63,991 bases of DNA, filler included, from Bigelowiella natans CCMP2755 (GCA_000320545.1; 6 parts of 6 records of this genome joined end to end with filler, not necessarily neighbours in it); one strand, 5' to 3'; counted from the first letter of the whole stretch, positions 1 to 14,155 are shown. Notes: generated by a model not told the origin, from the letters alone. Translations and numbers: made by a program.

Positions 1-488
1 TCCCCGGGAACGTATTATCAGTTCCCAAGCCGGGACAATGGATTGCCGTTGTGAAGCGGATAACCCTGCTCCGGTGACCCCAAAACGGGGGGCGCGCGGG
101 GGGAGTGATGGATAACGCCCCGTCGCCAGTGAGTACGTTCCATGATAGGGTTGGAAAGGACTTTTGAATGTTTGTTGCATGACAACACAATTGTGCCCGC
201 CATATCAAAGGAAAGGGGGGGTGGGGGGGGGGTGGGAGGGTGATTACTTTTGGCTGGCCTATGCAGGGCTGTCGACGAGTTATTTTGAGGTGCGGGCCTT
301 TTCTTCCCCTGCATCATTATTCCCGCAGTAACAATTGTCCCATCAGCGAGGAGGGAGGGGGGGCAAGGAGGCAAGGGGGAGGACGGACAGGGAGTGAGAA
401 TGGTGATATATGGATGATATCTATTCATATAAATTATTCCTCAAATCTCACATCCCCCAACCCTTCTCCTAGGCATCAATAGCGTCGT

Positions 489-698
489 CTATATATTTAC
501 ATATATATGTATATAGTAAGCTTGATGTGTCTTTTTCATCTTCTTCTTCTTCTTCTCCATCTTCTTGTTATTATCGGTCTCCGTTCGTACCCCTGCAACC
601 AACTCCTTCCTAGATGACGACGTCGTTCCCCCACCTTCATAACAAATAAGACATGAGGCGTATTCATCAGAAGAGAGCATAGGAGCCAGCCCACCAAC

Positions 699-732
<34 letters not shown>

Positions 733-1169
733 TATGCGTCTGATAAAATGTCTCAATACCGGCAACTGCGGCTGGAGAATCCGCATGGGACTCAGGGTCC
801 TACAATATAAATATGGGAGGAGGAGGAGGAGGAGGAGGAGGAGGAGGAGGAGGAGGAGAAGAGATTAATTCTATCACTTCGCATCGGAAGGAAAGCAATC
901 GTCTTGTTGATGTTTCGGGTTCTGCCCTCGCCGTGATCATTAAAGCAGCTTGATTTCCATCATAATAATTACCGATGCCGAGCTTGCCACGCTCTTCAGG
1001 CTGCTGCTGCTCTCTTGCTCCGTCTCTGGTTGCGACTGCCTCTGCTGCTTTGCTGGCTGTGACAATGTCTGCGACAACGACTGCGAAGACGACGATGAGG
1101 ACGAGGTAGCTCCGTAGTCACACAGCTTATGCGTGTCTAGCAAGTTCCCTGACAAATGATGATGATGAC

Positions 1170-1203
<34 letters not shown>

Positions 1204-3426
1204 GTCGTTGATTATAATGATGACGACGATGTCGATGACGGTGTGTGGAGGTGATGCTGCCTCGTTGGCCACCTGTCGATGGCTCCCACAGCCGCACGGT
1301 GCCGTCTCCGCTCCCGGAGAGCAGCAGGGGAATCGTAGACCCATCGTGCGTCTTGAAAGACGCCCATTCCGTGCGGGTGACGAAAGCCTTCATCATAGGG
1401 GAGGATAGGATCGAAGGGAAGAAGTATTGAGTGGAGATTATGGAAAGAGTGAGGAGCCTCTCTCTCTCCCAGGGCTGCCTCTACACGATAAGGATTAAGG
1501 TAAGGGTGAACCCTCACTTAACACCGCCCTTCCCCGCTCCCCTCTCCCCTTTCCTTCTCTCCCCGCCTGGAATCACCACAACACGAGGAGAAGGAGCACA
1601 CACCTGATGGCCAAAGCAGAAGGAGACGATCTTGTAGCAATTCGGGTAAACGCTGACCCTGACCTTCTTCTCGACGTCAGCCGTCGCTAAGAACCGCTTT
1701 TCACCTGTGAGAAGCAAGAGGTGATGGATGGATGGATGGTTGGACGGATGCATGGTTCTGGGGGTGGCAAGCAAGGGCGGGTACTCCTCTCACCGATGTG
1801 AAGCATTTCCATATCCGTCACGGTTGCAAAATGCCCTGGGAGAGAGAGGTGGGTATCAGACCGGTTACGAAAACGAATGATTGAGAAGAAATATTAGATC
1901 TATGCATATTTGATTATGTGTGTGTGTGTGTGTGTGTGTGTGTTATAAGAGACGACTGAATGCGTGAAAGCTGTTCTTATGACTCTCATAGAAAAGGTGC
2001 ATCTCATCCCCCCTTCTCTTCTTCCTACATATATATCACCGAGAAGGAATTCCGATTTCATCTCGTAGATCTGGCTTGTTCTCGTCGTTGCGCCTCCCTT
2101 TTCCCCTGCTGCTGCTGCTGCTGCTTGACCACTGGAACTTGCAGCCTCGCTGTTTGTGTTGCCACTGTCTTTAGTACTACTATCTTTGTTGTCGCCTTCC
2201 TCCCCCTCCTCTTCTGCTGGAACCGCAGCTAGACTGTATACGTCTCCTGTTGAAATATAGGGAACAGTCACTTCTAACATGCCGGTGTGGAAACTCAACT
2301 CTGGGGGAGCGTGGGTTGCGTAATATGCCGTTCGAAGAAGAAAAACAATAAGCAAACCGGTTTTGTCCCCGACAATTATCCGGCCTGAAGGATATGAGGG
2401 TAGGTGGGCGAATTAGAACTCATAACATGGATCTCTCGACGAAGCGGCGATACCGTCTGGTCCGAATTGCCCCGCAGATATCTTTTTGGGAAGGACGCTC
2501 CGACCGAGGCACTAAAAAGACGTGATTATAGGGTTCGGTGATACTCGTGGGCGCGACCATATTTGACGTCAATGCTGTACCGTTCCCCGATGGCAGTCCC
2601 AAAGCAACACAGTCTTATCGTCCCCGCACGTGAACATTCGTAGCGACTACAAAATCAGATAATTAGATGGGAGCGAGGAGAACGTGGGTTCTCGGAATGT
2701 GTCTGTAGGGGCACGACGTTTCGCATAGAATCGTATGGATAACTTAGTAAGACGTCGCCGCCGTCCCTAACACAAACCTTGGGATCAAACTTGATGACTC
2801 TCACTGTCCCTGTGTGTGCTGATGGAGGAGCATCGTTTGTGTCCATTTGCCCTATTTTTCAAAAAGATTAATTCGATTCACAAGAAGCGTGCGGGTAAGG
2901 AGTGATAATAGTTGCATGGATTCAATGCTGGAGTTGGCTAGTTATCTGATTATATTGTCACTAGTGCAATATTCGAGTCCTGCCCGCGCTTTTCTCTCTG
3001 TGACTTTTTACAGGATCGAAGGTACCTTTCGTGTCGCCAGCACTCTTCAGTGGCACAAACTTTGATTGTCTGAGATCAATGAAAGAGATAAGCCCATGAT
3101 CATGAGAATGCCGAATCTTCGATGAATATTTCATGCTATATTATCAACACATGATTGCGGCCGTCACGTTGACTTTTGAAACGCGAGCCTTCCAATTTCC
3201 TGTTTTCACTCGCTCGCAATTGATTCATCGCATGGGCCTCACCATGCAAATTCTCCAATACAAAAAAGGGAACCGAAATGAAATTATTAACTATTTTGGA
3301 AAAAATCCTAATTCGCTGCCCACATGGATACCTTGTGTTGAACAGCCGGACCCTTCTCCCGTGTGCGAAGCCGATGAACTGGCCGTCAGGCGAGCAGGCA
3401 ATTATTGCATGCAAATGACCTATCAT
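489..3426 (-). CDS. WDR4: tRNA (guanine-N7) methyltransferase non-catalytic WD40 subunit (WDR4/Trm82), multi-exon
   Basis: Exon peptides MIGHLHAIIACSPDGQFIGFAHG, AHTGTVRVIKFDPK, TGDVYSL, EFLLG, FLATADVEKKVRVSVYPNCYKIVSFCFGHQ|AFVT...LLLSGSGDGTVRLWE match the WDR4 motifs ADRDEKIRVS/IESFCLGH.EFVS/LLSSSGDGTLRLW. The 3' end is approximate. Confidence 0.82.
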
Positions 3427-3681
3427 TTTATTCCGTAGAATATTGTCTCCACGAATTTGGAAAGAGCAGTTGGTGGCAGGATGGGTCGTAGGGAATAAGA
3501 ACGGCTGAGGGGGAACGGCGACAGGGCTGCTTCGAGAGGAAAATGGGGATTTTTCAGAGGGCAATCCAAAGATATATATTATCAGTATTGAAAATTATCG
3601 ATGGTTTTAAATATACGACAATTCTATATCTCCTACTTATAGCCAATCATGTCGTATTTGTAAACGAAATGCAATCCAACA

Positions 3682-6005
3682 ATGGAGAAACATAGCTTAT
3701 TTTTAGTTCTCATGAGTTCTAGTTTTTTAAGATTTAATCTATCTCCAGAATACAATGAAAAACAAAGAATCATCTAGATTCAGTTAATGAACTGCATGCA
3801 TAGAAAGCATTCGATCCGATAGATGCACATCTCAAAGCCGAGAAGGACTTTCTGAGTCTGAATATCTTCATTGCCCATTTCTTCAGGAGAGTGGCCCATG
3901 TCTTTGGTAGCAAATGGCAGTGGAATGAGACATTTCTCATTCACCAGCCTGTCGTAGGATGTAATTTCCCTGAATAGAATTAGCTGGTCGAACATTTCAA
4001 GGATTTAAGGATTTGGAGGCTTGGATCTCTGGCTTTTAATAAGCAGAATACCTCAATAAAAACTCTGGAATTGTAGTCGTTTGTAAATAATTTACTGAAA
4101 AGAAAATCTAATATTCGTATCGAAGCAGAAGACATATACCTTAACTCACCTTCCATGCGTTTTTGAGTGATTTTAGTGATCTTTCGCTGATCTCTGCGAG
4201 AAATACCCAGAAAAAGACTGTCGATCTTGCTGCTGTCCCATCTCCTTGTACATGTATTCAACCTCTTGTAAACTGACTTATGTCCTTGGAAAAGTGGTTG
4301 CGACATACTCTATTTTTAGTCGTTTGCATCAAATAGATAAGGTAGCTCGCATTTGGAATCGTAGAATTCAGCGCTGGCCCTCCCCTCTCACCGAATTTTG
4401 ACAGGCCGGCATGGAGGAGAGAAAATTCAAGTTTCAGAAGGTTTGTGGGAGGGGAGGGGACCCTGTATTAATTTGATAAGAAGAGAAATGTATTATCGGG
4501 AATTAAAATTGGAGGGAGAATGTGATCGGGATTGGGATGCGTAGCAGCTGGTGGGACAGCTACCGTTTTGAACATTTCGCTGCGAACGACGCTAAAACAC
4601 ATGTGATCAAAGAGATTTTGCTGGTTTCTCTTTAATTCGCGTGATTTTATGAAGAAATCATACCAGATTTCTTATCATACCTCGACGGAGAGTTCAACAC
4701 GCTGACATACTGGTGTTCGGTTTACAGGTTCATTTCAAGCCAAAGCAAGTTGGAATAGATATCCGTGGTGGATACTGCTCTCATGTAAAAATTTCCTCTA
4801 AATATAACAACAACATATTCATGCGCTTCGGCATTCTCCAGCATCCTCTCCCTCCCTCCCTCCCTCCCTCCCTCCCTCTCTCTCTTTCCCCTTCCCGGAA
4901 GCCTTGTGTGTTCGTCATCAAGTCCGTATGTTTGCGTGTGCGGTGTGGGCGTGTTGCACGAAAGCGTGAATCTACCTATTCATTTCACAGTAGAGAATTC
5001 GGTGTTCCTAACTGGGCGATGTGTTGAACCGCTCTGAGCGACAATCGCGTGTATTCCGTACCATCTCCCATAGGTAAGGAAGGGCTCACAAGCTTACAAG
5101 CAAGGCGTTAAGACGGGTTGGCGTATCGTCAATATTGACGGAGAACGTGTTCCAAAGGAGGTAGCATCACAATCCCTCTCCTATTATTGGTTTGAGTGAT
5201 AAGGCACTCGTGGGCAAACAACCTTGATTCCTCTACTGCTACTCGTCTTGCGTAGGACCGAGAGATTGCTTCCCTGATCCGAAGCTGCATAGACGCTGAC
5301 GACAAATTTGCCATTGTTTTCCGTCTCCCGCCTAAAGACAGTAATAACGACATCACTATTGACGACTTCTGTATCGTTCCATAATTAAAAAGCAGAGTGC
5401 AACCGGAAACGTCCACCCCCCCCCCCCCCCCTCGCACAAAAACACACACGATATTGTACTACATTTCATTTCAAATCCGTTTCATCCCCCCCTCCTCCCC
5501 CTTCTTCCCATTCTTCCCCTGCCACACGCAGCGTTCGCTGGATACAAATGCGGGGATATTGTGGAAGCTCTCGATAGTACCGGGAGGTGTGTAAGATGTA
5601 GCTTCTTCTGAAAAACGGCGTGTGCAGTGCGTGGCTCCTAATTCGATCAATCTTACCACCGGCGCTGCTCTCTTTATCACCAGGCAATGGAATAAGTGCT
5701 TGATCATCGACATCCAAGGCGAAAAGTTCTCCATCGTCTATCTACACAACGCCGTCCGGTCCAAGAAGTTCCAGGCCATGTTAAGGCGGCTGCGCGGCGG
5801 GGATGGCGATGAGGACGACGAGTGGGACGAGGACTTCGATGATGAGCTCGACGACAAACCCTACAAAAAGAAGACCAACGGCACCAAATCTACGAAGAAG
5901 AACAGGAAGAAGAAGAAGAAAAACCTGTACGTGCGCTTGGGAAGGGGAGTAGCGAGAGGAAGGGGGGGGGGGAGCGCAGAGAAAGACAGAGAGTGCGCGC
6001 ACGCG

Positions 6006-6038
<33 letters not shown>

Positions 6039-6407
6039 TTAGGCGTTTTCATTAAAATTCTGGCAAATCAGGGATGATGTGGAGATAGATAGCGCGGTGA
6101 AGAAGCTGATGAAGGCGGCGATTGGTAAGGAGGCCAAGGCCGAGGCCAAAGAGATGAAGAAAGAGTACGCGCGAGTTGCAGCAAGCTGCAGCGATGAAGG
6201 CAGGCGCGAGCAAGTCTTCGCATATCTTGAAGGCAAACTAAAGGACATAAAGCATCCTTCACGTGTGCTGAAGGTAGTAGAGATGCCCAATGCAAAAAAG
6301 GGGGGGGGGGGCTGCAGCTGACTCATCAATCAACCTGCTCTCTAATCTTATCTGCATGCAACGACGAGCCATTCTCTCCATTATAGGAACGATGTCATGT
6401 AGATAGG

Positions 6408-6456
<49 letters not shown>

Positions 6457-6738
6457 CTCCCTCTTCTTCCCCCCTCGTCTTAGGAGTGGATATGATGTTG
6501 TTTTTGTTGGGTGGTGGATTTCTTCCGTGAATGTCTCTTCCTCCTCCTCAGGCTCTGTTGCTCAGCAGTTATCTTATTGCCTACGGCGACGATAAGTAAG
6601 AGATTCATTCCCTTTCCACGCAATTGAGAATGATGATATCAACGACGACGACGACGACGACGATGATGATGATAATGATGGTTTTGCATGCAATTTAATT
6701 CGATAATGGTGATAGTGAGTAGCCCTTTCTCTCCCCCC

Positions 6739-6774
<36 letters not shown>

Positions 6775-6960
6775 TCTTGTGACTGTGTCGTTCTTGGGCG
6801 ACGATAATGATGATGATGATAATGATGATGATGATATACTACTACCAGCACCAGCAACCAAGTCGTCGAGGACCTCTCGGGCTCGATGACAGCTGCCTCC
6901 GAAATCGAGTAGTATTGTAAGCTTTACCTCCTCCTCATTCAAACACGATGGATGGACGGA

Positions 6961-6998
<38 letters not shown>

Positions 6999-7538
6999 GT
7001 TTTATTAATTATTCTCCAAGTATGCATGCAATGCCCCTCAGGGTGTTCGCCCACCGAGCACGCCAATCAACCCCTCGCGCTATCGTGTCTCCCCTCATCC
7101 CTTCTTCCATCGATGAATCAATCAGTACACAAGCGAAAACGGCAGCTGGGAAGTCTGCAGTGAGCGACATACAGAACAGGGTGCACGCGCATGCATGTAG
7201 TAGATTATGCGCCTGTGGCCCACACCACACCAAGCAGTAACAATGCGGAGATACACGCTCCGCGTCGATGGCTGGTTGTATATCCCTGATTTCTGTTTTC
7301 CCTTCCCCGAACACACGTGACGAATAGGTTGGTCCCGCAGCCCTGCAACTCCTCGATGCTTCTGCAAGGGCGACGGTGAGGGCTAGCGTGAAAAAACAGG
7401 TCCGGACGTAGTGCATGGGGTGTGGGTGTGTGTGTGTGTGTGTGTGGTGCGGTGGGTTGGAAACAGATTCCCGGACCAACGCAACACGAGTCGTTATGGC
7501 AGAAAATTCATCATCGTCGTCACCATCACCATCATCAC

Positions 7539-7574
<36 letters not shown>

Positions 7575-7637
7575 CACTTGCACAGAGATGAGATCCTTAG
7601 GAATCCCTTTTCCAGCCATTCATTCACTTCGCGCACA

Positions 7638-7669
<32 letters not shown>

Positions 7670-7688
7670 TATATACCAGGCCACGGCA

Positions 7689-7733
<45 letters not shown>

Positions 7734-8286
7734 AGGCCACGGCAAATATGACCCTTGCCCCCCCACCGAATGAGGGCGGGGGATCAACGGTAGCCACCAC
7801 CACCGCTCCCGCCATTGCAGGGCCTCCATCGGCGATGTGGCGTTTAACAACTTGAGCGCTTTAACCGCAAAGTACAACTAATCGCTGTCGTCGTCGTTAT
7901 CATTGTTGTCGTTGTAGATCATCATCACAACGGAAAAATGGTTGGGGGGGGGGGGGGGGGTTGCATGGATGATGATGATAGCGCCCTGCTCTTCCGCTGT
8001 CTGTTTGCCGGTCCCTTATTTATCATCTTGGATGTATATGTGGTGTGTGCGTGTGTATGCGTGTGTATATCGGTGCCATTGCATTCACTTACGATCTGTA
8101 TTTAGCGTGACCTCCGAGCCTCTTGTTACAAGCAATGCAGCACCCAAGCCCGAGCCTCTCGGAGGCATCGATCTAGGAGCTCTGTTCGCGCCAGACCCCT
8201 CCCCAGCGGTATGGACGTTCATTCAGAGGGGGGAAACATCAACCTCCCTCCGCCCCCGCCTCCCAATTTTACCTACCACTACATGT

Positions 8287-8325
<39 letters not shown>

Positions 8326-9082
8326 AAGATAACACGATGCGTTCGAATTCACTCACTCACCAAAAAGATAAAAACAACGTAGAGAAACCCCAACCGCCAC
8401 CACTACTACACAGCCAGCTCAGCAGCATCAGAGGCAGCAGAACGTTCCCACTAGCGGTTACTCCGACGTCAACTTCCTGTCCCAGGGCATGAGTAACATG
8501 AACATGGGAGGTGGGGGGGCGGGCTTCATGCAGCAGCAGCAGCAGCAGCAGCAGTACCAACCGCAGCAGCAACAACAACCAAATCTCTGGAATTCTGGAC
8601 TAGTCGATCTCGGTACGTTTGATTAAAAAAGAAAAAAAAGAGTGACGCGTTCTCTCTGCTGCTGCATCTTCTACCACGTCACGATGACCAATCCAACCCC
8701 AACCCAACACCATCATCACCATCATCGCCATCATTGTCACCACAACAATAATCGATGATAATAATAATGATAAAATGATAATGATAATAATAATAACAAA
8801 AAGGCCTTGGAACCCAGCCCCGGCAGCAGCCCCAGGAGAAGAAAGTCACACTGCAGCAAATGCAGGGGGAGGTAGAACTGTCAAACTAGCCAGTATGATG
8901 AGAGAGAGAAGGAGGGGGGAGGGAGATTAGCGTTGGGGTTAGGGTCAGCTCTTGAAAGAGTTACACGTTTCCCTCGGAAATCTGCCGCACAGTCACGCTG
9001 CTGCTCCAGCCTATAATACCTTTTGGTCGATTTCTCTTTTCTTTCACTATCATTTTAGGAAGTGGATTTGTTCAATTTCTGA
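3682..9082 (+). CDS. Multi-exon epsin-related protein: possible N-terminal C2-like segment, Tudor/chromo-barrel-like segment, internal ENTH/VHS-like domain, Q/P-rich tail
   Basis: Spliced EQVFAYLEGKLKDIKHPSRVLK|ALLLSSYLIAYGDD resembles the ENTH IWKRLND.GKNWRHVYKALTLLEYL..GSE motif. GDIVEALDSTGR|QWNKCLIIDIQGEKFSIVY is barrel-like. The tail carries IDLGALF, LWNSGLVDL and a terminal EVDLFNF* (TGA 9080-9082). The 5' exons, including QWNETFLI at ~3918, are uncertain. Confidence 0.6.
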
Positions 9083-9239
9083 TTGCTCTGGGGCGAATAT
9101 ATGATGCCAAGCATGCGGAAGAAGAAGAAGAAGAAGAAGAAGAAGAAGAAGAAGAGCCACCAGCAGCTGCAAATTCGTCGTCTACTTCTAGCTAGATATT
9201 AGCCTGATATGATTTACGAACGAATGTCGGTAGCAACAT

Positions 9240-10000
9240 TGCTTGCTGGCTGTCACAGAGCAGAAGGAGAATCTAGGCCCCTGCTTGGTGTCAAACTTGA
9301 AAGGCGTACATGCATCTTGCAAAGCATGCTATAGCATGCAGTTGCAACAATTCCATGCATTGTTAGACGTCTAGACGTGGACAAGGCGTTTACTGAAAAA
9401 TGAAGCTACACATGCATGATCATCATAGTCGGACAAATCCTATAATCCACCTTACTAAATCGATATATGGATAGGAAAAAAGAAATCGACAAAGTTATAG
9501 GCTTATTGCGCGAGCAGCAGCGTAGCGTGGCTGTGCCCGGGCGTCGCGTAGCATGCATGATCGATATGCACCATGCACTAGCTAGCAAGCTAATAATGCA
9601 GCGTAAATCGTCGAATGTGCGCGAGAGTAGGCTACCCAACTAAGGAATCTGCGAAATTATTATCTCAATACGCAATGGCGCATAGTTATAAGATAGCCCG
9701 TATATGAGCAAGGATGACACCGTCTTTATATTGCTGCACTTTAGCGAGACAACACTTCGTTCCTTACATACATGGTGTGTGCTAGCTAGCAATTGTGTCC
9801 ATAATATTGCATTTAACAAACTGCTCTCGCACGCACAGCGTCCATGCATCGCAGCCTGTATAATATCGCGATAGCTAGACTGACGACATTTGCGCAAATC
9901 ACAGGCAGACACAATGACTAGATAATCACGCACGAAGGTAGTACATATGAGCAGTATGTGTGTTACGTTGTGTACACACATCATACACAGCTGAGAATCA
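9240..10000. other. GCTAGC/GCATGC-rich intergenic island between convergent genes
   Basis: Repeated ctagctagc, gcatgc and tagcatgc; no credible ORF; lies between the 3' ends of the ENTH gene (+) and the aminotransferase (-). Confidence 0.7.
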
Positions 10001-10043
10001 AATAATGTCCGGCGGCCGTCAGTGTGCCCTCTCTGTCCGCAAA

Positions 10044-11168
10044 TCAGTAATTGTGCTTGGCGTTGAAGGTCCACATCGCTGCATTGCGCGCGGCGCGTAC
10101 AGCCTTGGCAAGCCTATGGACCCCTTCCACGAGCAGCTCTTTCGTCTCAACGTTAGCAAAACACAACCGAATGTACCTGTCCAGCTCCTGATAGACGACA
10201 TGTATATCACTGTGGGCGGAATAGCCAGGTGACGAATCAAGAGGGGGGGAATGGCGATGCGCATGCATGCTGCTAGCATGGTGACAACGGTGGGGTAAGA
10301 AATCGCGACGTTTCGATGATCGAGAGAGAAACGATGCCTACCTGCTTCCGCGAAGGGTCGGGATGGCAGCGCTCGCCTGGTAGGAAGTCCACCTGCATCA
10401 TTGGATTAGGAAAAATAGCAGGAGAAAGTCATTTTTCGAAAAATTCGCCAGCAATGCTGCATGCTACTCCGCATCATGATTCGCGTAAAGCTCAAGGGCA
10501 ATTCTTCTGATGGGCACCTTGAATTCTCTCCGGGCCATGTCGCGTAGCTCGGCAGCGGGTAGACCGCACTTCAGAAGCTTCACCCACACAAAGTAGCCGC
10601 CTTCTACCTGCCATTCATATGAACATCCCGGAGGGGGGTTGCGGGGGGGGGACAACAATATTCCATAATTCTATAAGGCACTCTTTCAAACACACACTAT
10701 TTGTAAGCTTCTTCTACGACGGCTAGTACCTTCTTGGTTGGTTTTGCACCCCCATCGAGCTCGAAAAGCTCAGGGTACTGGAGCAGGGCGGCTGAGTGCA
10801 AAGCATACCATTTGCAAGAAGACCGAATAAGGAACATAACACTGAATGAAGCACGCACATCTCCCATTTTCCTCCCTGCGGTTTTCGCGTCTCATAGCAC
10901 TCAAAGACGAACCAGTAACTAAGAAAGTCAGCCCTGCGATTGAGCGTGAGCGTTTGACTAGAGACAGAATCAAAACGCCTCCACAAGCCCACAACCTCTA
11001 TCTCAATATAATGCCCCCCCCCCCCCCCCTCCCCCCCCCCATTTTCTACTCTTTCTCTATTTCCGCTCCCCAAGTCCCCAAACCGCCTACCAGGGCAGAG
11101 GATCTTGGTAAAAGCTGAGACCGAGAGGACAGCTCCTGTCTGTTCGCTCACGCCTATCCGTGGCAATG

Positions 11169-11231
<63 letters not shown>

Positions 11232-11274
11232 GGAGTACATGTAAGAATACTGCAGTGCGACATCATCCATACCG

Positions 11275-11351
<77 letters not shown>

Positions 11352-12071
11352 ATATATGAAAAATATCGCCCTCGTTTTCCCACTTTTCTGCTCGTCGGGG
11401 ACCGCATATTTGCCATCATCCTCGTGCGTCTCCTCTGTTGCGTACCTAACTCCGGAGCGATAAGAGAGCAGCAGCAATATCAATAAAAACCAACAACTCA
11501 CCGCCCAATGGGGAGGTCGGGTGGGCATGTGTATGTTTATGCTCGTAGGCATGTGACGAGTATCTGTGGAGAGAATAACGCACCGAGGGTCGAGTACTGC
11601 CATTCTCGAGGGCCTTCGTCTTCTTGAAAGGGATGGGCAACGATGTGGTAACCGGAAGGAGGAGAGGAGGAGAGGAGACGAGAGGGGGGGGGGGGGGGGG
11701 GGGAAAAGAGAAGGGAAAAAACCCTGCAGAATCAATCTCATTTTTTTTTTTCCAATTGTTTTGGTGTGGGTGCTTCCCCCTTTTTGCAATTTCAACCAAG
11801 GCCTCCCTGTCGTAGTGGAAGGAGGGCGAAGGGGGGGGGGGGGGGATTCGGGGCGAGAGAGTCAGGTCAGCAGAAAAAGGCAAGCTGCTGCTTGGAAGTA
11901 GTATATCGGAGGAGGTGGGGGATGAAGAACAAGAGCGGGGTGAAGAGTTACTACGCATGTTTTGGTGCGTGATAGGGTACTGCCCTTTGTTGTCTAGTTT
12001 CAGTTACTGCTACTACTACTACTACTACCACCACCACCACCACCATCACTACTACCTGGAGCTCAGCAGCG

Positions 12072-12110
<39 letters not shown>

Positions 12111-12233
12111 ACACACACACGCACATATAATATTATGTTAAGTGACATTGTACCTCCGCCCGAGCGATAGTGTTGTGGAAGAGGGGTTTGAGTGCGTAGC
12201 TACGAGGTAGAGCATGCTCACACGCCTTCCTTC
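10044..12233 (-). CDS. PLP-dependent aminotransferase class I/II (Aro8/MocR-like subfamily), 5' part not found
   Basis: Exons SMLYLVATHSNPSSTTLSLGRR (cf. YLIPTFHNPTG.TLS.ERR), EALVEIAKR, PSRMAVLDP, AVLSVSAFTKILCPG (Schiff-base Lys), VEGGYFVWVKL, VDFLPGERC, RYIRLCFAN...LLVEGVHRLAKAV. Confidence 0.78.
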
Positions 12234-12835
12234 CTGCCACCAATAAGGGGAATCGGGCAACCACCAGGCAGGAGGAGGGGGGGGGGGGAGAGCGTGTGAG
12301 TCACTATGCTATAAGTAGTTCAAACGTCTCCCACACGGCGACAAACAGGGCAAGAAACGAATGGCACCGACCCCTCCCCCCCCCAACCCCTTATCCAAAA
12401 ATTACCTTTATTTCTTGATATAATGGCAGATGGGGGGTGTTCCTAGTTTGTCATAAATGTGTTCATCCAATAACAAGGCATGGGTGGGATAATTTAAATG
12501 TAGCGGCCATTTATATTGTGTTTGCAAATGACCAGCTTGCTCGACAATGCGATTGCATTTACACTTTGAGAAATGTACTGTGTATATGTAGCATAGCTAG
12601 ATACCTCAAGGCCTAAACAACAAAACTGGGCGGTTCTAGCATGCATGCTGCTACACAAAGGGGCATCCTAGGACACATGTGGGGCCCGCGTACACGGCAA
12701 GCAGAGTCTGGATCAGGAAAGTTAAATTCATTTTATCTAATCTTATTACTTTGTTCTTGATGCAAAGGGCAATCATGTCACGCCCCGTGGCGCCCAATAA
12801 ACGAAACAATGAAGAAATTATGCGACCTGTGAAAA

Positions 12836-12935
12836 NNNNNNNNNNNNNNNNNNNNNNNNNNNNNNNNNNNNNNNNNNNNTTAATTAATTAANNNNNNNNN
12901 NNNNNNNNNNNNNNNNNNNNNNNNNNNNNNNNNNN
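12836..12935. other. Artificial assembly linker N44-TTAATTAATTAA-N44
   Basis: Fixed 100-nt length with a central six-frame stop palindrome; five identical copies in the window. Confidence 0.97.
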
Positions 12936-12937
12936 CT

Positions 12938-14155
12938 TTACTTCTCGTAGTGTTCGTTGAGCTGCCTGATCGTCATCCTGGGTCGTCCTTCTTTCCTGTC
13001 TCTGCAGTCTTTAGCGGTGTGTTTCCCTTTACGTGAGCAGTATCCGCAACGTCGGTTACCTTCCCTGTCCTTGTACCAGTCTCGCTGCGGCTTAATAGCG
13101 TTAATGTTTCCTATGCCAGGTACCTTAGGGCTGGTAAACTTGCGGTCCTGCTCCTGCTCGCGTAGGGATATAGCCTGCACTGCTGCCTCCATCGTGGTGT
13201 AGCCTTTCTCCGTAACGTAAGTGGATTCCTTTATCTTTAACTTGAACTCTTCAAACCTTGCCTGATCATCACCTGTGTTGTAATTAAAATCATGTAGTTC
13301 GTCGATCATATCCTGGAAGCGCGTGGCAAAGTCTCTAACAGGTTCTCTCTCATGCTGCATCATTGCTCTGTATTTTCTAATAGCCTGGGGTAGGGAGTTA
13401 GCATCCTGTTCATTTACAAAAGCCTTCATTATCGCCTCAACGTCTCGTAGCCCACTAACTGTAGTGTGTATTTTCTCTAGCTGCCTGATCCGGGTCCTGC
13501 CTGTCTCGTAAAGGTCCATGGCTTGCTTTATTATAGCTAGCCATTTGAGCTTGTCGTTTTCGGTGGGGTTAGGGGTAAAGTCGCAGAGTATACTCCTAGC
13601 GTTCTTCCACCACCTCCTTGCCTCACCTCTTTTCCCGTTGTATTTCGTTATCATAACCGGTGCTGTTTTAACAGACATGAACTGGGTGTTCCGCTGTACC
13701 GGCTGCTGCTGCTTGACGGTGCTCTGGGTCGTCCCCCGCGAGGCGCCCAGACCCCCGTCGTTCCTAAACAAAGCTGCCCACTCTGGAGGTAAGTCTGCTT
13801 CGTAATCCATGATGTCCTGCATGATAGCTGCCCAAACATCATGTGTCTGATACTTGTATTCTATCGATACTTTCAGTTTGGCGTAGTTGCTCGCCCTGGG
13901 TCGCAAGGCTCGTAATGCCATTACGACCTTCTTGCTTTCGGCGGCCACGTCCTCGTCGTCCGCCTCGTAGAAGTTCTCCAGTGCCTCTGCTGCTGCATCT
14001 GCTTTCTTAATCCCGGGTGCTGGTCCCGGCGGTGCCTGTGGAGGTGTTCCTCCTCCTTCCTTAGCGTCCGTATCGCCCTTCCTTTCCTGTTTCTGCTCGT
14101 GCCCTTGCACGGCCTGCGAGCCAAAGTCCTGCTGTTCTTCTAGCTGCTGTGACAT
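12938..14155 (-). mobile_element. Retrotransposon gag-like ORF (405 aa) with C-terminal zinc knuckle; pol presumably beyond the gap
   Basis: Uninterrupted, intronless ORF. ITKYNGKRGEARRWWK and MMQHEREPVRDFATRF resemble gag capsid/MHR motifs; CGYCSRKGKHTAKDC is a CX2CX5HX4C knuckle. Confidence 0.8.

Noticed and set aside
7638-7750. Two copies of ataccaggccacggcaaatat separated by (TA)n, superficially a repeat-spacer unit
   Set aside because: Only two units with a microsatellite spacer inside an intron; local slippage duplication or assembly artefact, not CRISPR.
11624-11642. Possible 19-nt GT-AG mini-intron (nucleomorph-like) in the aminotransferase
   Set aside because: Removing it does not restore the expected reading frame; no support.
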